Shown here: positions 18,650 through 25,831 of the stretch, one piece after another
Position numbering within the stretch: the first letter of the stretch is position 1
Layout: each line of letters opens with the position of its first letter
Virus record (IMG/VR): IMGVR_UViG_3300011441_000010
Reading direction: 5' to 3' (one strand)
From: a virus
Length of the DNA stretch: 58,222 nt
Made by a program: the position numbers and the translations under genes
The notes under the pieces: generated by a model
The model's input: only the letters and a program-made list of their open reading frames with translations
Told to the model about the DNA's origin: nothing
Databases searched by the model: none

Positions 18650-19762
18650 GTGCCGAACGGCATTCACGCGTCTGGGGACGTCCTGACTCGCACCCGCGAT
18701 GGTCAGGACCTCAACGCAATCTGGAACCAGTACCAGGAGCTGCTCCGGGCCTGGAACGCGACCCGTCAGCCGCTCATCGACCTGCTGTCCTTCAACACGG
18801 ACCAGATCGTGGACGACGTCGCACAGGGCGTGGAAGAGGACTTCGAAGAGGCCACCGAATTCGGCCAGCCGAAGTCCATCCGTCCCAACGTCACCATCCA
18901 GCAGCGCGCGTACGACTTCAAGTGGTACGACGTCGCGACCCGCTTCACGTTCCAGTTCCTCTCGGACGCTTCGGCGGCCCAGATCGAACTGGCGCAGTCG
19001 CAGGTGCTGGAGGCCGACAACCGGCTGATCTTCAAGAAGGTCATGCGGCGGCTCTTCAACAACACCAACAACACCACGATCATCCAGAACACCGCGTACC
19101 AGGCCAAGCCGCTCTACAACGCCGACTCCGAGTTCATCCCGGACTACGCGGGCGTGTCCTTCAACGCCGCAACCCACACGCACTATGTCAAGTCGGGTGC
19201 GGTGACGCTGGACTCCGGCGACTTCGAGACGCTCGTGTCCCTCCTGGAGGAGCACGGCTACAAGCGGGCCACCGGCTACCAGATCGTGGTCATGATCAAC
19301 CCGGCGCAGGCTCCTTCGGTCCGCTCCTGGCGGGCGAACGTGGCGAACCTGAACGGTGCCGTCGCGCAGTACGACTTCGTGCCCCCGCGCGGCGTCAACA
19401 TCATCCTGCCGAGCACGGTCGCGCTCTTCGGCGACCAGCCCGCGCAGACGTTCGCCGGGTTCGATGTCGTCGGCGCATACGGGCCGTACCTCGTCATCAT
19501 GGACTCCAACATCCCGACCGGCTACCTGTTCGCGTTCGCCACCCAGGGGTCGGCGACGTCGACCAACCTGGTCGGTATCCGCGAGCACGCCAACAGCTCG
19601 CTGCGGGGCCTGATCCTCAAGGGCGGTGACCGGAACCAGTACCCGATCATCAACTCCGCGTACATCCACGGTTTCGGCACCGGCATTCGTGCTCGCGGTG
19701 CCGGAGCGGTCATGCAGCTGGCGACCGCCGGAACCTACGACATCCCCGCGCTCTACGCCTGA
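18650..19762 (+). CDS. major capsid protein
   Basis: 370 aa, GTG start after GGAGGGA. The position and size are typical of an HK97-fold capsid gene. Confidence 0.75.
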   Translation: MPNGIHASGDVLTRTRDGQDLNAIWNQYQELLRAWNATRQPLIDLLSFNTDQIVDDVAQGVEEDFEEATEFGQPKSIRPNVTIQQRAYDFKWYDVATRFTFQFLSDASAAQIELAQSQVLEADNRLIFKKVMRRLFNNTNNTTIIQNTAYQAKPLYNADSEFIPDYAGVSFNAATHTHYVKSGAVTLDSGDFETLVSLLEEHGYKRATGYQIVVMINPAQAPSVRSWRANVANLNGAVAQYDFVPPRGVNIILPSTVALFGDQPAQTFAGFDVVGAYGPYLVIMDSNIPTGYLFAFATQGSATSTNLVGIREHANSSLRGLILKGGDRNQYPIINSAYIHGFGTGIRARGAGAVMQLATAGTYDIPALYA

Positions 19763-19776
19763 GGAGGCTGATCCAA

Positions 19777-20076
19777 ATGAGCAAGCAAATCGATTGGGCC
19801 CAGCCGGTCTCGGACGCGGACCGGGCGTGGGCGGAGCAGTTCCCCGCGCTGCACGGCGGGAACCTGGAGGCCAACGCGATCCAGTTCCCGCGTGAGGAGC
19901 TGGAGACGCTGGACGGCACGGACGACGACGACGTGCCGTACACCCAGTGGACCGTGGTGGAGCTGACGACGGAGGTCCGCCGCCGGAACGCGGAGGATGG
20001 CAAGACCCTCCCCGTTCCCAGCAAGAAGCCGGATCTGGTGAAGGTCCTGGAGGACGACGACGAGGCATCCGCCTGA
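19777..20076 (+). CDS. hypothetical protein with SAP/Rho-N-like helix-extension-helix motif
   Basis: WTVVELTTEVRRRNAEDGKTLPVPSKKPDLVKVL, with acidic flanks. Confidence 0.55.
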   Translation: MSKQIDWAQPVSDADRAWAEQFPALHGGNLEANAIQFPREELETLDGTDDDDVPYTQWTVVELTTEVRRRNAEDGKTLPVPSKKPDLVKVLEDDDEASA

Positions 20077-20093
20077 CCGGCGGATCCAGAAGC

Positions 20094-20134
20094 GAGCCGG
20101 ACGCGCGACCTCCCCTTGGGTCCGCGTCCGGCTC
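20094..20134 (+). terminator. hairpin after the capsid block
   Basis: GAGCCGGACGCG (20094-20105) pairs with CGCGTCCGGCTC (20123-20134). 17-nt loop, no clear U tract. Confidence 0.5.
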
Positions 20135-20157
20135 TCTCCAGATTAGGGGGAGGTGGC

Positions 20158-20478
20158 ATGGCAACCGTTGAGCAGGTCGCTCAGCTCCGGCGGATGATCG
20201 CGGAGCCCGACGACACCACATATGACGATGAGATGCTCGGCGCAATCATCGACTCCTATGCGGAGGCAACCCTTCCGCTGGCATCGTCGGCGAGTAACGT
20301 CTGGCTCCAGAAGGCCGCGACATACGCGGAGTTGGTCAACATCTCGGAGGGCGGCTCATCGCGCTCTATGGGGGACCTCCACAAGCGAGCGCTGGAGATG
20401 GCCAAGATCTACCAGGTTCAGGTCGACGGAGCCGTGGACGCCGGACGTAGTACCCGGATCGCAAGGCTGGTGCGCTGA
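20158..20478 (+). CDS. head-tail adaptor/connector-like protein
   Basis: ATG 20158 after GGGGGAGGTGG. ~106 aa, first gene after the capsid block. Confidence 0.5.
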   Translation: MATVEQVAQLRRMIAEPDDTTYDDEMLGAIIDSYAEATLPLASSASNVWLQKAATYAELVNISEGGSSRSMGDLHKRALEMAKIYQVQVDGAVDAGRSTRIARLVR

Positions 20479-20822
20479 TGGCGACCGACGCAGATCTGTT
20501 GGTAGACCAGGGTTCCAGGTGGCAGGCGATCGTTGAGGTGACGGTCGAGTGGCTGACGGACCTCACCGGCTACACGGCGCGCGGGCACGTCAAGGCGTCC
20601 CGCACCCTGGGCGGAGCGCCGGTGCTCTTCGAGTTCGATGCCTACATGAGCGTGGACGTCCTCAACCACCAGGTCCTGATTGACATTCCGGCCGACGTCT
20701 CCGCCGCGTGGGTCTGGACGAAGGGTGTCTATGACCTTGAGCTGTTCGATGGGGACCCTGCCCATGACGTCCGGTTCCTCCAGGGTGACATCAAGGTAGA
20801 CAAGGAAGTGACAGTCCAGTGA
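20478..20822 (+). CDS. hypothetical structural-module protein
   Basis: 114 aa, TGATG overlap upstream. Confidence 0.5.
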   Translation: MATDADLLVDQGSRWQAIVEVTVEWLTDLTGYTARGHVKASRTLGGAPVLFEFDAYMSVDVLNHQVLIDIPADVSAAWVWTKGVYDLELFDGDPAHDVRFLQGDIKVDKEVTVQ

Positions 20823-21448
20823 AGCTCTATCGGAGCGCTCCGGCGAAGTTCCTCAACAAGGAGATCGACTGGGATTCGGATGCTCTCGTCTGGACCCAGC
20901 ACACTTCGACCTACGCGCCGAACCAGGACACCCACGAGTACGTTTCCAGCCTCACCAACGAACTCTCGACGGCCGGTGGCTACACGGCGGGCGGTCTCGC
21001 CATCGCGTCGCCGACCCGGACCTACACGGCAGCCAACTCCTGGGGAACGGCTCGGGCGAACTCCACCGCCTATGCGGTCGGCGACGTCGTGCGGCCTGCG
21101 ACCGGCAACGGGTTCCTCTACATGGCGGTCACGTCGGGCACCTCCCACTCCGCGATCCCAACCTGGGGCACGGACCTGGGCGGACTGACGACTGAGGGTG
21201 GCGGCACGGTCACCTGGGAGAACATCGGCTCCGGTATCACCGTGTTCGGCTGCTCGGACCCGTCGTGGCCTACCGCGACGTTCGGCCCGGCCCGGTACGC
21301 GGTCCTGAGCGACCGGACCCCGGGCACGGCAGCGACTCAGCCGCTCATCGGGTACGTCGACTACGTGACCGACCGGACGGGTGGCGGTCTCGCCTTCACG
21401 GTCAACCTGCACCCGCAGCTCCGCGCGTTCTACGTCGCAGCACCGTAG
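20819..21448 (+). CDS. hypothetical structural protein with carbohydrate-binding-like motif
   Basis: AYAVGDVVRPATGNGFLYMAVTSGTSHSAIPTWGTDLGGLTTEGGGTVTWENIG resembles the Y-x-x-GD...GTSG...P-x-W...W motif of phage fibre/CBM-type domains. Confidence 0.5.
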   Translation: MKLYRSAPAKFLNKEIDWDSDALVWTQHTSTYAPNQDTHEYVSSLTNELSTAGGYTAGGLAIASPTRTYTAANSWGTARANSTAYAVGDVVRPATGNGFLYMAVTSGTSHSAIPTWGTDLGGLTTEGGGTVTWENIGSGITVFGCSDPSWPTATFGPARYAVLSDRTPGTAATQPLIGYVDYVTDRTGGGLAFTVNLHPQLRAFYVAAP

Positions 21449-21462
21449 GGGGGTGAGTCAGG

Positions 21463-22842
21463 GTGGCCTGGGATACCAACGGAAGCAACCAATACGCGCA
21501 GTTTGCTATGTCGGCTGCCCTGAAGGCGGCTGCTGGCGGACCGTTCACGTTCGGCGCGGTCGTCAATCTGGACTCGACGGCGGATGGCGCCCTGATCCAC
21601 ATGATGGACGGCACCTCGGGCCGTCACTTCCTGGAGATCTTCGGCACCTACAACTGGGGCACCTCCGCCGCAGCCAAGGCTGGACCGGCCGGGTCGACCG
21701 GCTCATGGGTCCACATAATCATGTCGAAGGCGACCGGCAATGTCGTGCCGGAGTACACCATCATCCCGCTGTCGACCGGCACGCCCTCCTCGGGGACGTG
21801 CACCGGCGGGAACCTGGGGAACGGCGCGGCTCCTGGCGCATCCGGCGTGATCCAGATCCTGCGGTTCGGGACGTCGGCGAGCGAATGGGTGGACGCGAAG
21901 GTTGCCGGGCTCTGGGTCCATGCCAGCTACATGGACCAGACGGCTCGCGAGGCTCTCCTGACCTGGGCGCTGACGGTCACGGCCGCGTCGGTCTCGACGC
22001 TCGGTTGGGCGGTCCGGCTCGACACGCTCTCCACGATCAACGATGCCACCCCGGGCGGAGGGAACGAGACAGCCCGCTTTGGGACCTCGCCGTTCACGCT
22101 CGTGGCCGACCCGACTGGGGATGCCAACGACTTCTTCGGCGGTGGAGGTACCGCGACCGACGTTCCGGACGCTTCGCCGGGTGGTCACAGGCTCCGCTCC
22201 GCCTACGAGACGGTTTCTACTGGGGTAGCTGTGGCGGACAGCCCACAGGGCGTCCGCTGGAGGTCTCCGGAAGGGTCCGGCGTTCAATTTGGCGTAGCGG
22301 CCACTGACAGCCCCTCCGGGCTCCGGTTCCGGTCTGGCTACGAAACCGTGTCGACCGGGGTGGCCATCTCGGATGCCGTGAACGGACTCCGCTGGCGTTC
22401 CGGCTATGAGGCGCTGACCCTCGGGGTGGCCGTAGGCGATGTCCCCTCGGGTTGGCGGTTCCGCAGCGGTTCCGATGGGGTCACTATCGGTGGCGGAGCC
22501 GTGGCGATCCCGGACCTCAGCCCCGATGGGTTCCGGCTCCGCTCCGTGGGCGGAGAGGCAGTCCTAGGGCACCTGATCGGTGACTCCCCGAATGGTATGC
22601 GGTTCCGGGCGGGAACATCCGGCGTCACGATCGCCTCTGGGATCTCGGACGCCCCGACCGGGTTCCGCTGGAGGTCTGCCTATGAGGAGATCATCGGCGA
22701 CATCCCGATGGATGCTCCGGAGGCGACGATCATCGCAGAGGTCTTCACCGAGCACGTCACGGTGACTGTGCCCCGAGTTAGGTTGACGGCTACCGTAGAG
22801 ACCATCGACATCACGGCGGCAGTCAGGAGGTTCCGCGCATGA
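21463..22842 (+). CDS. LamG/ConA-like jelly-roll domain protein with eight tandem ~22-aa repeats
   Basis: The N-terminal 190 aa follow a LamG-like pattern (FTFGAVV..., GSWVHIIMSKATG, ILRFGTSASEWVDAKVAGLWVH). Residues 236-412 carry a repeated D-x-P-x-G-x-R-[WFL]-R-S-x-Y-E...GVA unit (nt 22168-22698). Confidence 0.6.
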   Translation: MAWDTNGSNQYAQFAMSAALKAAAGGPFTFGAVVNLDSTADGALIHMMDGTSGRHFLEIFGTYNWGTSAAAKAGPAGSTGSWVHIIMSKATGNVVPEYTIIPLSTGTPSSGTCTGGNLGNGAAPGASGVIQILRFGTSASEWVDAKVAGLWVHASYMDQTAREALLTWALTVTAASVSTLGWAVRLDTLSTINDATPGGGNETARFGTSPFTLVADPTGDANDFFGGGGTATDVPDASPGGHRLRSAYETVSTGVAVADSPQGVRWRSPEGSGVQFGVAATDSPSGLRFRSGYETVSTGVAISDAVNGLRWRSGYEALTLGVAVGDVPSGWRFRSGSDGVTIGGGAVAIPDLSPDGFRLRSVGGEAVLGHLIGDSPNGMRFRAGTSGVTIASGISDAPTGFRWRSAYEEIIGDIPMDAPEATIIAEVFTEHVTVTVPRVRLTATVETIDITAAVRRFRA

Positions 22843-23219
22843 GCATTGAAACCGAACTCCGGATCAACCGGCGCAACACGTTGGCGTTCATCGCGGCACG
22901 GCCGACAGTCATCACGCTCATCCCGGTCGAGAAGGTCAAGACTCCGTCCGGCGGTACGCGCCTTCAGGACCTCCCCCCGCGTACTGCGCAGACCCTCCGG
23001 GTAATAGACCAGAACTCCCACACCGGCAACGTCCCCGGGCTCCTTACGTCGACTGACGGACGTCAGCTCAAGGCGGTGTTTCAGCTTCTCGGGCCGTACG
23101 ATGCGGTCATGGCTGTAGGCGACCACTGGGCGGGCGAGGGCAAGGAGCGCTTCGAGATCGCGGAGATGTTGCCCTTCAACGGTTATGAGCGTCGGGGCGG
23201 GGTGGTCCGTCTTGCCTAA
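22839..23219 (+). CDS. head-closure/head-tail joining protein
   Basis: 126 aa, ATGA overlap, position in the connector module. Confidence 0.5.
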   Translation: MSIETELRINRRNTLAFIAARPTVITLIPVEKVKTPSGGTRLQDLPPRTAQTLRVIDQNSHTGNVPGLLTSTDGRQLKAVFQLLGPYDAVMAVGDHWAGEGKERFEIAEMLPFNGYERRGGVVRLA

Positions 23220-23580
23220 CAGGAGCGGGCTGGATTGGGACTCCGGCGACATTCAGCGTCAGTTGGCACTCCTCAACCCTCGCGTGAACCAGTACATCCA
23301 GGCCATCATCGACCGATCCGCCCCGCGAGCAGAGGCGTGGATGAAGGTCAATGCGCCGTGGACCGACCGGACATCGGTTGCCCGTAACACTTTGCGGGCG
23401 TTCCGGCAGAGCGACGGTGACAACCATGAGCTCATCCTTGTGGGCGGAGCGCCATATCAGATCTACCTGGAGACGCGTTGGGCCGGTCGCTACGCGATCA
23501 TCCAGCCCGCGATGCTTCACTGGGGCGCGATTATCATGGGCCAGATGAATGGCCTTATGGATAGGCTGGGGAGACGATGA
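23185..23580 (+). CDS. HK97 gp10-like neck/tail-joining protein (start 23185 or a later TTG)
   Basis: AEAWMKVNAPWTDRTSVARNTLRAF...LVGGAPYQIYLE fits the gp10-family pattern. Confidence 0.55.
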   Translation: MSVGAGWSVLPNRSGLDWDSGDIQRQLALLNPRVNQYIQAIIDRSAPRAEAWMKVNAPWTDRTSVARNTLRAFRQSDGDNHELILVGGAPYQIYLETRWAGRYAIIQPAMLHWGAIIMGQMNGLMDRLGRR

Positions 23581-23987
23581 CGGTCCGGGAAACCATGTAC
23601 GGCATCCTTTCCAGCGACTCCGCGCTAGCAGGGCTCGGGTACGGAGAGGAAAACGTCTATGCGAATGGCGCACCGGACTCTCCGCCCGAGGTCGGCGACG
23701 TCTGGCTGGTCCTGAACTGGGGGGAAGAGGCTCCGGGGCTCCGGGGTCAGCGCGGCCGGACACGCGCAGGCGTCTGGGCGCTCACGATCTGGTTCTATGA
23801 CAGGCAACGGGATTACGGCACCATCAACTCAGCCATCAAGCGGACTCGGGACGTCATGGACGCGATCGAGCAATCAGGCTCCGTCCTCTGCACATCATGG
23901 CAGGGTGATGGGGTCGACGGGTTCGATGACGTGTACCAGGCAGCGTTCCGTACCTCCACGTATACGATCGTAGCCAACGGAGACTGA
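23577..23987 (+). CDS. tail completion/terminator-like protein
   Basis: 136 aa, ATGA overlap, position upstream of the major tail gene. Confidence 0.5.
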   Translation: MTVRETMYGILSSDSALAGLGYGEENVYANGAPDSPPEVGDVWLVLNWGEEAPGLRGQRGRTRAGVWALTIWFYDRQRDYGTINSAIKRTRDVMDAIEQSGSVLCTSWQGDGVDGFDDVYQAAFRTSTYTIVANGD

Positions 23988-23999
23988 GGAGGATCGAGC

Positions 24000-24305
24000 A
24001 TGCCAGGAACCAGAAGGGTTGAGCTGCCCGAGGATGACGCGCCGCAGGAGCTGCCCACCGTGACGGTGGAGTTCGTGGGCATGCCGCCCTACGGCCGGGA
24101 GTTCGTCACATCCCACACCATCGAGCGGTCCAGCGGGAAGATCGGCACCGCATCGGAGCGCAAGAGCTTCGCCGGTCAGGGGATCGAGGTGCCCCAGGAT
24201 CTGGTGTGGGACGCCTCCAACGGCTACAAGGTCAAGGTCGACGCCAGCCTGGTCGACCTGATCGAAGGGCTCCGCTCGCAGGAGTTCCTGAAGGTCCACG
24301 AGTAA
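24000..24305 (+). CDS. hypothetical protein
   Basis: 101-aa ORF after GAGGAGGA. Confidence 0.5.
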   Translation: MPGTRRVELPEDDAPQELPTVTVEFVGMPPYGREFVTSHTIERSSGKIGTASERKSFAGQGIEVPQDLVWDASNGYKVKVDASLVDLIEGLRSQEFLKVHE

Positions 24306-24308
24306 GCA

Positions 24309-24524
24309 ATGAAGGAGATCCGGTGCCCCGAGGGAATCCTGTTCGGCCTCCTGCCCGCTGATACGGTGCTAGAGGTCAAGTGCAGGAGCCGTCGGTGTGG
24401 TGCCGGACCTGGAGTTGTTGTCCTGCACCGATTCGCGATCCCGGGCGGGGCGCTCATTGAGACTCGGCGCTACCGAGACCCAGAGCAGAGAGAGAAGGTG
24501 AAAGACCAAGATGGCACTGAATGA
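24309..24524 (+). CDS. small Cys-containing protein
   Basis: 71 aa, MKEIRCPEG...LEVKCRSRRCG, immediately upstream of the major tail gene. Confidence 0.45.
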   Translation: MKEIRCPEGILFGLLPADTVLEVKCRSRRCGAGPGVVVLHRFAIPGGALIETRRYRDPEQREKVKDQDGTE

Positions 24525-25053
24525 CAACCGACTCCCGTACGGGCTCCGGGATATCAAGGTGGCGACGCTCAGCAACACCGGCGTCAAGGGCACCCTGGTG
24601 GACCTCCCCGCAGCGCAGACGCTGGAGTTCACCGAGACCACCACGGAGCAGGAGCTTCGCGGTGACGACGTCATCAAGGCGAATCGCACCACCGTGGAAG
24701 CGGTCGAGTGGACCATGGACGCGGGTGGCATCAACTTCGCCGCCATGACGGTCATCGCGGGCGGAACCGTCAGCTCCTCGGGTACGACGCCAAACGTCGT
24801 TTCCAAGTGGCGGCGGCTGGAAGGCGAGGCATACCCGGACTTCTACATGGAGGGCCAGGCGCTCTCCGAGTCCGGCGGTGACCACCACACGGTCATCCAC
24901 CGTGCGAAGGCCAGCCAGATCTCCGGCACGCACCAGGACCAGGAGTTCTGGGTCAGCCACGCCGAAGGCACCGGTATCGGCACCCTCACCGCCGCGAACG
25001 TCGGCGCTGTCTGGGACATGGTGGCGAACGAGACCACCACCGCAATCGCGTAA
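24511..25053 (+). CDS. major tail (tube) protein
   Basis: 180 aa, located just upstream of the G/T chaperone pair and tape measure. Confidence 0.65.
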   Translation: MALNDNRLPYGLRDIKVATLSNTGVKGTLVDLPAAQTLEFTETTTEQELRGDDVIKANRTTVEAVEWTMDAGGINFAAMTVIAGGTVSSSGTTPNVVSKWRRLEGEAYPDFYMEGQALSESGGDHHTVIHRAKASQISGTHQDQEFWVSHAEGTGIGTLTAANVGAVWDMVANETTTAIA

Positions 25054-25095
25054 CAACTGTTGTAGCACAACAACTTCAAGGCGAGGATCACAGAG

Positions 25096-25560
25096 ATGAC
25101 AAGCCCCGAAACGACCACCGCCGACCGCTACGCCCCGACCGCGTGGGGGGGCACCGCCGACGAGGAGGTGCCGATGCCCTCCGGCCAGCTCTGCCGGGTT
25201 CGCAAGCTGGACTTCGCCGACGTCATGGCGTCGGGCCTCCTCGACAAGCTCAACACGCTGCAGGGCGTGGTTGACAAGCAGATCCGCAAGGGTGAAGGCC
25301 AGCCGCCGATGGACCCGATGAAGATGATGCGGGACCGCCGGACGGCCGTCCAGTTCTCCGACATCCTCAACCAGGTCGTGGTCCTCTGCGTCGTGGTGCC
25401 GAAGGTCGAGATGCCGCCGGAGGACAACGACGATCGCCTGCTGGGGGTCGTCTACGCGGACACGGTCGGCATGATGGACAAGATGGAGATCTTCTCCTAC
25501 GCCATGGCCGACATGGGGGCGATGGAGTCCTTTCGTGGCGGTACCAACAAATCTGCTTAA
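25096..25560 (+). CDS. tail assembly chaperone (G-like)
   Basis: 154 aa, acidic, directly upstream of the tape measure with an overlapping out-of-frame ORF. Confidence 0.7.
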   Translation: MTSPETTTADRYAPTAWGGTADEEVPMPSGQLCRVRKLDFADVMASGLLDKLNTLQGVVDKQIRKGEGQPPMDPMKMMRDRRTAVQFSDILNQVVVLCVVVPKVEMPPEDNDDRLLGVVYADTVGMMDKMEIFSYAMADMGAMESFRGGTNKSA

Positions 25561-25816
25561 CGCCTGGCGCATGTCGAAGGCTATGGCCCAGCGACCGAGT
25601 GATGTGTACCGGGTCGAGGAGCGGCACGGCAACTGGGTTGCCTACTGCTTCGACGCGGCGGTGATCGCCTGGGGCACAGCCTTCGACGCGGCTCTTGAGG
25701 GGGCTGCGAACGGCGCTAAGACGGCGGATGCTGGGAAGCTAGCACAGCGTCGCGTCCTTCGAGCCTGGCTAGGCGCTGAGGCGACTGGCGGGTATCGAGA
25801 CCCCTCAAAGAGTTAG
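25535..25816 (+). CDS. tail assembly chaperone frameshift extension (T-like), probably expressed as a G-T fusion
   Basis: This frame is open from 25475 in the +1 frame relative to G and overlaps the G 3' end. It has no SD of its own. Confidence 0.6.
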   Translation: MAVPTNLLNAWRMSKAMAQRPSDVYRVEERHGNWVAYCFDAAVIAWGTAFDAALEGAANGAKTADAGKLAQRRVLRAWLGAEATGGYRDPSKS

Positions 25817-25831
25817 GAGGCAACCGACAGC

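Noticed and set aside
18164-20245. 693-aa minus-strand ORF, the longest minus-strand ORF in the window
   Set aside because: It lies antisense to the well-supported decoration-like, major capsid and adaptor genes. Its translation is a low-complexity Arg/Pro/Gly/Ala run typical of shadow frames in high-GC DNA, and it has no SD or coupling context.
24309-24524. The small ORF resembles the Mu Com zinc-finger translational activator (MK-x-IRC...E[IV]KC...C)
   Set aside because: Only the outline matches. The first C-x-x-C pair is missing (PEG instead), and the second is C-x4-C. This is too weak to call without a profile search.
25054-25095. Short inverted repeat (TGTTGT/ACAACA) between the major tail gene and the chaperone gene
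   Set aside because: The stem is only 5-6 bp and AT-rich, with no U tract and no recurrence elsewhere. It is not distinguishable from chance.
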